A stretch of 64,000 nucleotides of DNA from assembly GCA_048882325.1 (NCBI GenBank), contig JBHLRS010000003.1, positions 82,279-146,278 of the forward strand, written 5' to 3'. The notes below the pieces were generated by a model that did not search any database, had not been told where the DNA came from, and saw nothing but the letters and a program-made list of their open reading frames with translations. Position 1 is the stretch's first letter. Every line of letters begins with the position of its first letter. Below, piece after piece: positions 47,685-57,385 of this stretch. Source of the stretch: Candidatus Thorarchaeota archaeon (GTDB lineage: Archaea; Asgardarchaeota; Thorarchaeia; Thorarchaeales; Thorarchaeaceae). Position numbers and translations under genes: made by a program.

Positions 47685-48437
47685 ATGTCAGTGAGTGAGG
47701 TAACACTAAAGGCACTGAAACAGCTCGGTCTCACTGAGTACGAAACTCAGGCATATCTAGCACTTGTTGCTGGGGGCCAAATGGGTGCATCAGATGTGTC
47801 CACTCAGTCCAAGGTTCCTTACTCAAGAATCTATGATGTTCTTGGTCGACTGGAAGAGAAACAATTCATCCAGGTAAAGAAGGGACGACCTACAACATAC
47901 ATTGCAAAGGCGCCAACAGAGGTAATGCGTTTAATCCGTCTTGACTGGGAGGAGCGTCTCAAGGAATCTAGTCGTGTAGTCGTCGAGGAACTCCAGCCAT
48001 TGTTTGAGAAGGAAACTAAGGCCACCACGAGGGATGTCTGGGTAGTTCATGGTCGGGCGTCGATTCTAGCAAAAGCTATGGAGATGTTGGAGTCGGCCAA
48101 AGAAGAGGTCCTTCTATCTCTTCCATCCTTTGACCTCTCTGCAGAAGATGTCGACACGGTCGTGGAACGTGTTTTGCTTGTCAAGGCAAAGGTTCGAATT
48201 CTGACATCCTCTGTCACAGATTCGTTGAAGGAAGTAATTCCAGAGAAGTTTGAGATTCGAACAAGGGATCGTGTCTTTGGTGTTGGTCTAGTAGTTGATC
48301 AGAGGGACACTCTAATTGTGTTGGCTGGTGATGAAGAGAGTGATGAGTTTCTGGGGATTTATTCTTCTCACGCCATCTTTGCAGCAATGAGCAGTAGTTA
48401 CTTTGAGTCTCTCTGGATGGACAGCACACCTCTTTGA
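47685..48437 (+). CDS. TrmB family transcriptional regulator
   Basis: LGLTEYE..AY..L, VPYSRIYDVL..LEEK, RPTTY. Confidence 0.92.
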   Translation: MSVSEVTLKALKQLGLTEYETQAYLALVAGGQMGASDVSTQSKVPYSRIYDVLGRLEEKQFIQVKKGRPTTYIAKAPTEVMRLIRLDWEERLKESSRVVVEELQPLFEKETKATTRDVWVVHGRASILAKAMEMLESAKEEVLLSLPSFDLSAEDVDTVVERVLLVKAKVRILTSSVTDSLKEVIPEKFEIRTRDRVFGVGLVVDQRDTLIVLAGDEESDEFLGIYSSHAIFAAMSSSYFESLWMDSTPL

Positions 48438-48514
48438 CGGCCTTTTATGCAATCCATAGGACCTTCTTGCAGAGGTATTACTCGCCTTTAGAACAGAGTC
48501 TGTGAGGGTTTATT

Positions 48515-49927
48515 GTGACTCAGCCAAAAACCGAAGGTCATAAGCAGGATGAAGCAGTAATGACTGAGGACCAAAGTCCACTCTTTGAAACCAAACTCTC
48601 ACCTAGTGCAATGGCAATCATCCGGTTTGTCAAGACATACGAAGAAGGAGGTCAGCTTCAGGTATTTCAAACGGATGCAGAGTTTGAGATGTTACGCACA
48701 ATGGTCGAATCTTACAGAGGGAGTTTGTATGCTCTTTTGACACGCCGATTGGAAGAAGTTGTGAACTTAGGTGGCGTTTCAATCATCTCTCAGAGGGACA
48801 TCATGAGCCTCATTGTAAATCTCTGGGAAGAGAACATATCTCGTCTATCAAGAACCGAACTACCTTTTCTTGAGGCAGCAATTAAAAATCCCGGAGCAAC
48901 CTTGAACGTTCTTTCCACCAAAGCGGGTTTGAGCTATGCGCAGACTCGTAGGGCACAAAAACGACTCAACGACTCTGGAGTTTTGAAAACTACAGGGATG
49001 CTCAACACGCATAAACTAGGGCTTGAACGAGTGCTCATAATCTTCGAGTCCCCTTCTCTTGTTCTATCTGGTCCCTATGTGCAAAGGGTCCTCATGGTTG
49101 ATGGATACTCTCCTTTGGTATTTGTTGTTGCTACAATTCCCTACGAGAAGAGAGATGAACTCGTAGAAACAGTACGTTCATTTCGAGGTAGCACTGGTGG
49201 TGCATCCATTTGGTCCTTGTCAGATGGTAGACCTTTCTTCAGTGGTCGATATTTCAACCCACAATACGGATGGAATCTTGACCTACTACATTTCCGTTTG
49301 ATGCTCCGAAAGGGAGGCGATCCACTTCTACTTGCAGATGTTGCAACACCGTCTCCTCAGAAATCCAATCGATTCACCTATGCTGATGTCAAGATAATCG
49401 ATGCTCTTGTTGATGGATATGATCGGACAGGGAATGATATTGTGACCTCTACAAAGTTGTCCCCTTCCACAGCATTCCGCAAACGGTCACAGTTAATCAA
49501 GAATAGAGTGGTTTTACCAAGAGCTCGTGTGAACATTCCTCGTTTGAGTGATAGAGTGGTCTGTCTTCTCAGTCCAGAATGCTCTGGTGATATAATTACA
49601 GCATGGAATCATCTCCCGATTACCTATCAAAGCCGGATTCAGAATATTGAGGATCCCGGAGAGAAGAAAGTGTTACTGGTTTCTGCCTTACCTGCTGGCT
49701 CAGGGCGCGATCTTATCGAGGTACTTGATGATGAAACATCAAAGATTCATGACTACAGTGCACATGTTGTAGCTGCTGGGACCGGCCAATCGACAAAGGT
49801 AGCTAATATGTACGATCGACGGAATGACAGTTGGAAATGGGATGTGTCCAAGTATTTCGATGCTCTGACTTATAGTGTTGTTAGACGAGAGGCTTCTCCA
49901 ACAGAAATTCCCCTTGATTTAGCTTGA
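48515..49927 (+). CDS. Protein with two Lrp/AsnC-like HTH modules
   Basis: LSTKAGLSYAQTRRAQKRL and IVTSTKLSPSTAFRKRSQL HTH-like segments, each followed by a ferredoxin-like region. Confidence 0.55.
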   Translation: MTQPKTEGHKQDEAVMTEDQSPLFETKLSPSAMAIIRFVKTYEEGGQLQVFQTDAEFEMLRTMVESYRGSLYALLTRRLEEVVNLGGVSIISQRDIMSLIVNLWEENISRLSRTELPFLEAAIKNPGATLNVLSTKAGLSYAQTRRAQKRLNDSGVLKTTGMLNTHKLGLERVLIIFESPSLVLSGPYVQRVLMVDGYSPLVFVVATIPYEKRDELVETVRSFRGSTGGASIWSLSDGRPFFSGRYFNPQYGWNLDLLHFRLMLRKGGDPLLLADVATPSPQKSNRFTYADVKIIDALVDGYDRTGNDIVTSTKLSPSTAFRKRSQLIKNRVVLPRARVNIPRLSDRVVCLLSPECSGDIITAWNHLPITYQSRIQNIEDPGEKKVLLVSALPAGSGRDLIEVLDDETSKIHDYSAHVVAAGTGQSTKVANMYDRRNDSWKWDVSKYFDALTYSVVRREASPTEIPLDLA

Positions 49928-49985
49928 GGTCGTTGATGACACAACCCTAATCTTGTAAAATGTCAGTCGTTTTGATGAGTATTTC

Positions 49986-50933
49986 ATGATTGAAATTGTC
50001 TTTCTTGGCTCTGGTGGATCAATCCCGACTGCAAGGAGAAACCATCCTGCAATAGCCATTCGATATGAGGGATGGATTCTGCTATTCGATGCTGGAGAAG
50101 ATGTTCAACGACAATATGAGAAAGCTCAACTTGGACTCAACAAGAATATGGCAATCTTTGTGTCTCATGTCCATGCTGACCATGTCCTAGGCTTGCCTGG
50201 TCTTCTATTGAGGTTCTCTTTGCTTGGAAGGATAAGACCCCTGAACATCTATGGTCCTAAGGAGCTAATAGAATACGTAAAAGTGAGTCAATCGACAATC
50301 AATCTGGGAACGACCTTTGAAACTGTAGTTCATGCTATTGGTTCTGGAGAGGTTTTCAATCAACGAGACCTCTCTGTCCGCGCTTTCGAGGTGGACCATC
50401 GTGGCTTCGCACTGGGATATGAAGTCAAATGGACTCGGTCTACGGGGAGATTCCTGCCATCAAAAGCAAGAGATCTTGGAATTCCAGAAGGTCCTCTTTG
50501 GAAATCTCTAGCATCAGGTGAAACAATAGAACTCGAAGATGGAACCAAAGTTTCCCCTGAATCAGTGACCGAACCTAACTCTCAACAAGCACTGAAAGTG
50601 GTCTACTCAGGTGACACAAGGCCCTGTCCTGAGCTTCGAAAGGCAGCAACTGATGCTGACATCCTAATTTGTGAGGCAATGTATACTTCTGAACATGCAA
50701 CTCTTGCACAGGAGAGAGGACACTCGACAGCCGCTGCAGTTGCTGAATTGGCTAGAGAGTCTGGAGTCAAACTCCTAGTACTTACACACTACAGCCCTCG
50801 TTATTTTGATGGCGAGGAGGTAATTGGAGAAGCAATTCCACTATTTTCCAACTCAGTTTTGGCTCGGGATCATATGAGGATAGTACTGTCGAAAGATGGA
50901 TCCGCGGTTGTATTGGACCCACCACAACACTAA
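49986..50933 (+). CDS. rnz: Ribonuclease Z
   Basis: FLGSGG..P, FDAGE, SHVHADH, GP exosite, YSGDT, HST, THYSPRY. Confidence 0.95.
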   Translation: MIEIVFLGSGGSIPTARRNHPAIAIRYEGWILLFDAGEDVQRQYEKAQLGLNKNMAIFVSHVHADHVLGLPGLLLRFSLLGRIRPLNIYGPKELIEYVKVSQSTINLGTTFETVVHAIGSGEVFNQRDLSVRAFEVDHRGFALGYEVKWTRSTGRFLPSKARDLGIPEGPLWKSLASGETIELEDGTKVSPESVTEPNSQQALKVVYSGDTRPCPELRKAATDADILICEAMYTSEHATLAQERGHSTAAAVAELARESGVKLLVLTHYSPRYFDGEEVIGEAIPLFSNSVLARDHMRIVLSKDGSAVVLDPPQH

Positions 50934-52138
50934 CTTCTCAATCCCAATCTTATTGACTTCAGTGGATGTTTCGTGAGCATTCGTTTCATCACTTTTGACT
51001 TCACGTCTGAAAAAGTCGTTACTCGCGAAACGATGTTCGTCATGTATTCTTTCATCAATGCGTCCTCTGCAGCTACGTGGAAAAGAATGTCCGTGTGTCT
51101 GCGAGATCTATTGAGGATTCCAGCTATCCATCTTGTATCAGAAAGCTCACGCCCAATGGTCTTTTTCAACCTCTTCTCGTACTCTATGATATGAAGGGGC
51201 GTCTGCTTCTTCACAGTTTCAATAGCAACCTCTGCAGCCAATCTTCCAGATTCTATCGCATAGGATATTCCCTCTCCAGTTAGGGGAGAAACCAATCCAG
51301 CCGCGTCGCCGATCAACAAACTCCTTCTTCCAGTGAAACGAGTCACTCTACCCCCCAAAGGAATTCTGTGCGACACTTTGTCTGGTATATCAAGCTTCGA
51401 GCCTTTCTTTCTCTCAATGTTTGTCACGAATCGTTCCCAGACCTTCTGTAAATCATTGACTTTATCAGCGCGGCAGCCAATTCCAATGTTGAAACCTCTC
51501 TTCTTCGGGAAACACCAGCCATATCCCCAAGACACCAGACCAAAATACAACTCGATTGCATGTGAGCTCTCATCATCCTCTCTTACCTTCGTGGGTTCGG
51601 CATCTTCAGGCACTACATTATCAGCTACTATGCAGACACCAAAGTCTTTGCTTGACCAACTGGTACGAATTCCTAACTCCTTTGCTACAATACTATTCAC
51701 ACCATCAGCTCCAACAAGTAAATGGGACCTGTATGAATCTCCAACCGTAAGAGCTCTGATTCCAGTACGAAGCTGCTCTACACCTACAACCTCGACCCCC
51801 TCAACAACTTCAACGCCTGCGTCAATTGCTCCTTGAAAAAGAAGTGCGTCGAATTGGGTTCTTGAAACGATGTGTCCAATGAGATCGTCGCTTTCTAGTG
51901 TGACTTTGTGACCAGAAGGAGTTTGCACCACCGCAGCTCTGAAGGTCCTTTCGATGACAGGGGTGATATCAAGGTCGAGATGGTGAATTGCTTGGGGGCC
52001 TAGCGCGCCCCCACAGGGTTTAGGTCGTGGATGATGGGCCTTCTCCAACAGTATCACATCTAGCCCCTTTTCAGCTGCAAGACGTGCACATGTTGCACCT
52101 GCTGGACCTCCGCCAACAACGGTTAGGTCATACAACAT
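50930..52138 (-). CDS. Geranylgeranyl reductase family flavoprotein
   Basis: GGGPAG, KPCGG, GADG, YGWCFPK, GDAAGLVSPLTGEGI. Confidence 0.9.
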   Translation of the reverse strand: MLYDLTVVGGGPAGATCARLAAEKGLDVILLEKAHHPRPKPCGGALGPQAIHHLDLDITPVIERTFRAAVVQTPSGHKVTLESDDLIGHIVSRTQFDALLFQGAIDAGVEVVEGVEVVGVEQLRTGIRALTVGDSYRSHLLVGADGVNSIVAKELGIRTSWSSKDFGVCIVADNVVPEDAEPTKVREDDESSHAIELYFGLVSWGYGWCFPKKRGFNIGIGCRADKVNDLQKVWERFVTNIERKKGSKLDIPDKVSHRIPLGGRVTRFTGRRSLLIGDAAGLVSPLTGEGISYAIESGRLAAEVAIETVKKQTPLHIIEYEKRLKKTIGRELSDTRWIAGILNRSRRHTDILFHVAAEDALMKEYMTNIVSRVTTFSDVKSKVMKRMLTKHPLKSIRLGLRS

Positions 52139-52213
52139 TAATCACCCACTGCAGACTCACTTAGCACAACACGGATAAATCTCCTTTCACGCCATGTTCG
52201 TGGGTGCAATATC

Positions 52214-53254
52214 CTGGTTTTCGAAGAAAAATCAAAGATATGTCTCATCACAACCGGGGGGACTATCTCAAGTATCGTAGATCCCGGTACTCATGCTGTC
52301 AGGCCCGGTCTCTCGGTCGAAGAACTTCTTGACCGATTACCAAAGGGTATGGGGAACATTGAGGTCATCCGGCGAGAGCTTTACCAGCTTGACTCTGCAA
52401 ATGCCCAACCACATCATTGGCAGGAACTAGCTGGTGCTATCAAAGACATCAGTGAGGAAATACCTGACCTTCAGGGCATTGTTGTTTCTCATGGAACAGA
52501 CACCATGACCTATTCTGCCGCTGCTGTGAGTTTCATGGTCCAAGACTTCGGAAAACCAATAGTGTTCACAGGAGCTCAGATTCCAGCCTCAATCCCTTGG
52601 AGTGATGGTCCCAGAAATCTACTGGATGCAATCCGTGTTGCAGCCTTCGGAGACCTCGGTGAAACCTGCATAGTGTTCAATGGTGAGGTACATCGTGCTA
52701 CCCGTGCAAAGAAGGTTCGTGTGAACTCTTACGACGCCTTCGATTCTATGGATCCATCTCCAATCGGAATATTAGCTCGTGACATCATTCTCTATGAAAA
52801 TCGAAAGCGGCGAAACCAAAGTCTAATCCCTCGCTTCGACACTCGTCTGGATGATCGGGTCTTCCTCTTGAAGGTCTTTCCTGGTCTTCCATCCCAGACA
52901 CTGGCGAAGATAGTAGATATGGGCTACCACGGTATAATAATCGAAGGATTTGGTTCAGGAAATGTCCCGACAGATGAAAATGCCTTGACCGGTGGTATTC
53001 TACAGGCGATTGACCAGGGATGTTTTGTTGTTGTGAGTTCACAGTGTGCGTTTGGTCAGGCTGATCTCTCAATCTATGAAGTAGGACGCGCTGCTATGGA
53101 GGTTGGAGCCATGAGTGCATATGATATGACATCAGAGGCGGCTCTTGTCAAACTTGCTTGGGTTCTTGGTCATACAACGGAAAAGGACCGAGTTCAAGAG
53201 ATGATGAACATCAACTATGTGGGTGAGATGACCTATATCGAACCCAAGAAGTAA
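52214..53254 (+). CDS. ansA: Type I L-asparaginase
   Basis: TTGGTIS catalytic motif (upstream of the ORF-track start), HGTDTM, TGAQ, SDG, GFGSGN; probable CTG start at 52214. Confidence 0.9.
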   Translation: MVFEEKSKICLITTGGTISSIVDPGTHAVRPGLSVEELLDRLPKGMGNIEVIRRELYQLDSANAQPHHWQELAGAIKDISEEIPDLQGIVVSHGTDTMTYSAAAVSFMVQDFGKPIVFTGAQIPASIPWSDGPRNLLDAIRVAAFGDLGETCIVFNGEVHRATRAKKVRVNSYDAFDSMDPSPIGILARDIILYENRKRRNQSLIPRFDTRLDDRVFLLKVFPGLPSQTLAKIVDMGYHGIIIEGFGSGNVPTDENALTGGILQAIDQGCFVVVSSQCAFGQADLSIYEVGRAAMEVGAMSAYDMTSEAALVKLAWVLGHTTEKDRVQEMMNINYVGEMTYIEPKK

Positions 53255-53255
53255 A

Positions 53256-53366
53256 TGGCGCCCAGGATGAGATTCGAACTCATGCCTCCCAAAGGGAGAG
53301 CAGCTGCCTGGTGAATTAATACCATTCAGCTCCAGGCTGCCGCCGTCGCCGCTTGGCTACCTGGGC
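53256..53366 (-). tRNA. tRNA-Ser(GGA) with a 24-nt intron at 37/38 and encoded CCA
   Basis: GCCCAGG/CCTGGGC acceptor stem, G discriminator, GCAGC/GCTGC anticodon stem, long variable arm CTCCC/GGGAG, TTCGAAT T-loop; intron 53306-53329. Confidence 0.93.
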
Positions 53367-53425
53367 TCGAAAAGTGAACACTGGTTCATGCTTTTCATCT
53401 TTTCCCTGCGTATTCATAGAACACT

Positions 53426-54280
53426 CTATTGTGGAATGAATCGCTCACCACAACTCTTGCAACTAACAAGGTCATATATACCACACGAAGGTTGAGGATA
53501 ATATCCCGGAGCACCACAAAAGGGGCATTTCGTTTCATCCTTTTCCTTTGGTCCTTCAAAGTCTTGGCTTGTTGTAGTTGTTTGTTTCTTTGAACGCTCT
53601 TGGTATTTTCCTGGTTTTTCTTGTCTCCGGATAAGCTTCATAATTTCGTCGTTATCGATATCATACGGTCGATTGTGCAATATGCTATAGATTTCCCTCT
53701 TAGAAAGCAAATCTTGATTTGAACGGTTGAACATGTACATGAATGTACTACTTCTGAAGACGAATACTAAGACCTCTTTCCTACCTTGAAACGATACAGG
53801 TTTTTTTATTCTAAGAATATTGAGGTGCTTTCTAATCGGGTTCTCTCTATCATTCAGTATCTTTTGTTCTACTGGATTATAGTACAGTACTATTGGATTC
53901 AAGTCCAAGAATATGACCCAAACACCAAACAACCCTACACCTAGAACTATCAGAAAAGCCCAAAATGATACAAATAGAAACCCAGCTATGATTGAAGGAA
54001 TTAGAACCAATATGAAACATAGAGCGCTTTTGGGAAAGTGTTTTTCCCTCTGAGGTATTTTCACTGGTTTTGGTGTATCGATTTCTGTCTTTGTTCTTGA
54101 ATAGCATCTATCGCAAATTTCACCAGGTACTTCAATGGTTTCAATATTGTTTGAGCCAACCCTGGTCATGAATGATGTCATGTACAGTTTCTGAAATTTT
54201 TCTGTATGACCACACGCTACACATGCTTTCGGAATCCTGTAAGGACTCGGATGTTTCATGAAGATGCCCTCGGAATACAT
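53426..54280 (-). CDS. Membrane protein with zinc-ribbon motifs
   Basis: CVACG...CDRC, two TM helices, CPFCG...CKSCG; AT-rich. Confidence 0.65.
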   Translation of the reverse strand: MYSEGIFMKHPSPYRIPKACVACGHTEKFQKLYMTSFMTRVGSNNIETIEVPGEICDRCYSRTKTEIDTPKPVKIPQREKHFPKSALCFILVLIPSIIAGFLFVSFWAFLIVLGVGLFGVWVIFLDLNPIVLYYNPVEQKILNDRENPIRKHLNILRIKKPVSFQGRKEVLVFVFRSSTFMYMFNRSNQDLLSKREIYSILHNRPYDIDNDEIMKLIRRQEKPGKYQERSKKQTTTTSQDFEGPKEKDETKCPFCGAPGYYPQPSCGIYDLVSCKSCGERFIPQ

Positions 54281-54394
54281 ACAGGTCCCATGGAATATAG
54301 ATTGTGCGGTTTAAATACGCCTGAGTGCACAGTCTATATGACAACAGCTTAAGAATGGAAATAACATAATAGTACACGAGAAGAGGTTCCGTCG

Positions 54395-55282
54395 ATGATC
54401 TATAGCACAATCTTGCTGAATGCAAAGAACAACCGCAAGATTGCTTCATCAGAATACTGGGCAGAACCAATTTCTAGAAAATACGTAAACCGGTTTCTCA
54501 CCCAGCTCGAATCACAGATACAAAAGTCAGAGCGACTGAAATACAGACCTATTGTGATTGAGGAATACAAATTCATCAGCCGCGACTGTGGTGATGGATT
54601 AATCATATTTGTCACAGATCTTGAAGAATCAGATGAGGATGTTGTTAACAAGATAAACCGAGCTGCAAAGTCATTGAAGTGGCTCATGAGTAGTCATTCA
54701 ACAAGATATGTCAAATCGAACTATGAAAATATCATGTCACGCTTTGTACAAGACCAGTTTGTAATTGCTTTTGTTGGACAAATAGGAGTAGGCAAGACTT
54801 CACTACTCCATCTGCTTATTGGAAAACCGCCTCCAGAAACATATGTGCCAACAATCGCTGTGAACACAGAAGTCATCGAAGACCTGAAGTTTGCTAATTA
54901 TGAGCTTGTAATCTTTGATTTTGCTGGTAGAGAAGCGGCTGGAAAATTGTGAGATTTTTCATCAACCGATATGATCTTTCTACTCACTGACTCAACACTC
55001 AAGAACATCATTGCATCAAAAACGATCTTCACAGAGATATTGGCTGAGTTTCCAGACATGCCCATTGTTCTCTTAGCGAATAAACAGGACACTCTAAATT
55101 CACTAGATCCCTCTGCGATAAGCAAAGTCATGGGTTTCAACTCTCACGCCATGGTGGCAATTGACCTTGCGTATAGAAATGATCTTCTCAAAATCTTGGT
55201 AGACGCGCTGTCTGATTGTTTCGATTTAGAAGTCCCTGATATCCCTGCAGAACAACTACTTTGCATTGAAGATGAAGCATGA
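54395..55282 (+). pseudogene. Longin-like + small GTPase fusion interrupted by an in-frame TGA (54950-54952)
   Basis: G1 GQIGVGKT, G2 YVPT and G3 DFAG before the stop; G4 NKQD after it in the same frame. Confidence 0.8.
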
Positions 55283-55284
55283 TG

Positions 55285-55707
55285 TTATGGCCTGTTGTCT
55301 GAAACATACCTCCACTCCAAATGTCCAGAAGGTGGAACAAATCCCAATATCAGATTGCCTCGAACCTCATCAAATTTGAAAACAGCAAAGACATACTCCT
55401 TGTTCTGTGTATTCCAATCCAATTTTCCTCGTGCAAGGAAGTTGCGGAATAAAGCACGACATTGTTTTCGTATGGCACTAAACAGGATCTTGTATCGTCT
55501 ACGTTGTGATGAACGGATATTCCATCGCTCTAGAATAAACCGATTCGCTAGATTGTTGCTCGACACAAGTATTGATGTCCTTCTCTCTGTTGTTCTCTGC
55601 ACGTTCTCTCGAAGCATACTGTACAGACAGTCTGGAATACTTGCTAAAATCGATGGCGTGACTTTAGGTGCACGAAATGTAGGGTCAGCTCTGTTCAACT
55701 CACTCAT
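55285..55707 (-). CDS. Hypothetical basic protein
   Basis: 140-aa Arg-rich ORF; no family recognised. Confidence 0.55.
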   Translation of the reverse strand: MSELNRADPTFRAPKVTPSILASIPDCLYSMLRENVQRTTERRTSILVSSNNLANRFILERWNIRSSQRRRYKILFSAIRKQCRALFRNFLARGKLDWNTQNKEYVFAVFKFDEVRGNLILGFVPPSGHLEWRYVSDNRP

Positions 55708-55851
55708 CTCTCAGTTCTATTCCCTCTTTCTCCAATTTGAACACCCCCAAGACAAAGAAATCGAGTGGAAATATGCGGCTTGATGGTAACTATTATAAGG
55801 TATCTTCAAGACGCGAACAAGCCTCAGACCAGTCAGATGAGGTTATACACC

Positions 55852-56310
55852 ATGTCCGAAGACTATCGACATATTATCCGAGTGTCAGGAGCTGACATTG
55901 ACGGACAAGAAAATCTGTTACAAGGGCTAACACGTGTAAGGGGAGTTGGCCTTAGGATGTCTCGAGCAATCATTACAAAGCTTGGGATGGAACCATCAAG
56001 GCGACTTGGATATTTGACAGACGCTGAAATCAAGAAGATTGAGAAGATTCTCAAGGATCCTGTAGCCTCTGATTTTCCTGACTGGTATGTAAATCGTCCA
56101 CGAGATAGGATGAGTGGAAGAATGCTACACTTGACTGGTTCTGATCTTGACTTTGCTCATCGAAATGATATTGATAGACTTCGAAGGATTAAGTCGTGGC
56201 GTGGCACACGACATTCACTTGGTCTGAGAGTCCGTGGTCAGCACACAAGAACTACTGGACGCGGCGGAATGGCTGTAGGAGTATCAAGGAAGAAGATTGC
56301 AACGAGGTAG
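55852..56310 (+). CDS. rps13: 30S ribosomal protein uS13
   Basis: RHIIRV, GVG, WRG.RH..GL.VRGQHTRTTGR; ATG at 55852. Confidence 0.97.
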   Translation: MSEDYRHIIRVSGADIDGQENLLQGLTRVRGVGLRMSRAIITKLGMEPSRRLGYLTDAEIKKIEKILKDPVASDFPDWYVNRPRDRMSGRMLHLTGSDLDFAHRNDIDRLRRIKSWRGTRHSLGLRVRGQHTRTTGRGGMAVGVSRKKIATR

Positions 56311-56313
56311 TGA

Positions 56314-56964
56314 ATGATGGGTGACCCACGTAAGCAGAAAAAGAAATACGTTGCTCCTAAGAAGCCATTTGATAGTGACCGATTCGAACAGGAGCTTCAG
56401 CTAATTGGTGTCTATGGATTAAGGAACAAGAAAGAACTATGGAAACACAAAACTGAGCTCTCAAATTACCGAAGACAGGCTCGGTACCTCCTCGCACTTC
56501 CTGTTTCTGAGAGAGAACTACAGGAAAAGGAACTTGTTAACAAGCTTGCCCGTATTGGAATACTTACTACTGAACCAACTCTTGATCATGTGCTCGACCT
56601 TGAAATGGAGAATGTTCTTGAGAGACGTTTACAGACTGTTGTTTTCAGAAAAGGACTTGCGAGTTCAATGCATCATGCGCGTCAACTTGTAACCCATGGG
56701 CATATTGCTCTGGATACTTCAAGAGTAAATACTCCTCAAAGACTAATCACAGTCGCAGAGGAAGATAGAATTCAGTACACTACCAAGTCTGCGTTAAATG
56801 ATGCATCTCATCCTGCAAGAATTGCTGCATCTGATGCAGCGACACGTGCTTCTGCAGCTGCTTTTGATGCAGCTGACGATTTCGAAGGGCCCAAGAGACC
56901 TGATGGAGTTGAGCCAGTAACAAATGAGGACATTGGCTCTGAAGGAGATGTACCTGATGAGTAA
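56314..56964 (+). CDS. rps4: 30S ribosomal protein uS4
   Basis: [32 protein letters not shown]. Confidence 0.97.
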   Translation: MMGDPRKQKKKYVAPKKPFDSDRFEQELQLIGVYGLRNKKELWKHKTELSNYRRQARYLLALPVSERELQEKELVNKLARIGILTTEPTLDHVLDLEMENVLERRLQTVVFRKGLASSMHHARQLVTHGHIALDTSRVNTPQRLITVAEEDRIQYTTKSALNDASHPARIAASDAATRASAAAFDAADDFEGPKRPDGVEPVTNEDIGSEGDVPDE

Positions 56965-57355
56965 GGATGAACGTGACAAATGGGGAATTGCCCATATTTT
57001 TGCATCATACAACGACACAATCATCATGATCACTGACATAACTGGCGCTGAAACGCTAGCTAGGTATTCCGGTGGAATGATGGTCAAAGCAGACAGGAAC
57101 GAGTCATCTCCCCACGCAGCTATGCAGGCTGCTTTTCAGGCTGCACGCGAAGCTAAAGACAAGGGTATCTATGGCATTCACATCAGGGTTCGAGCTCCCG
57201 GTGGTCATGGTCCAAAGACTCCTGGTCCTGGTGCACAAGCAGCCATCCGTGCACTCAGTAGGGCCGGACTACGAATTGGCATCATCGACGAAGTGACACC
57301 AATGCCGCATGATGGAACGCGAAAGCCTGGCGGTCGGCGAGGTCGAAGAGTCTAG
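56957..57355 (+). CDS. rps11: 30S ribosomal protein uS11
   Basis: [33 protein letters not shown]; ATG at 56957. Confidence 0.97.
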   Translation: MSKDERDKWGIAHIFASYNDTIIMITDITGAETLARYSGGMMVKADRNESSPHAAMQAAFQAAREAKDKGIYGIHIRVRAPGGHGPKTPGPGAQAAIRALSRAGLRIGIIDEVTPMPHDGTRKPGGRRGRRV

Positions 57356-57385
57356 GTTATTCAGAACTCCACCTTTTTACTCATC

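Noticed and set aside
52214-53254. GatD amidotransferase subunit
   Set aside because: Lacks the N-terminal GatD barrel domain and has no adjacent gatE; type I asparaginase fits better
53426-54280. Island integrated at tRNA-Ser
   Set aside because: The AT-rich gene lies on the 5' side of the tRNA; no duplicated tRNA 3' end or integrase found
54950-54952. Selenocysteine codon in the GTPase
   Set aside because: The position corresponds to a structural Trp rather than a redox Cys, and I could not identify a SECIS-like hairpin downstream
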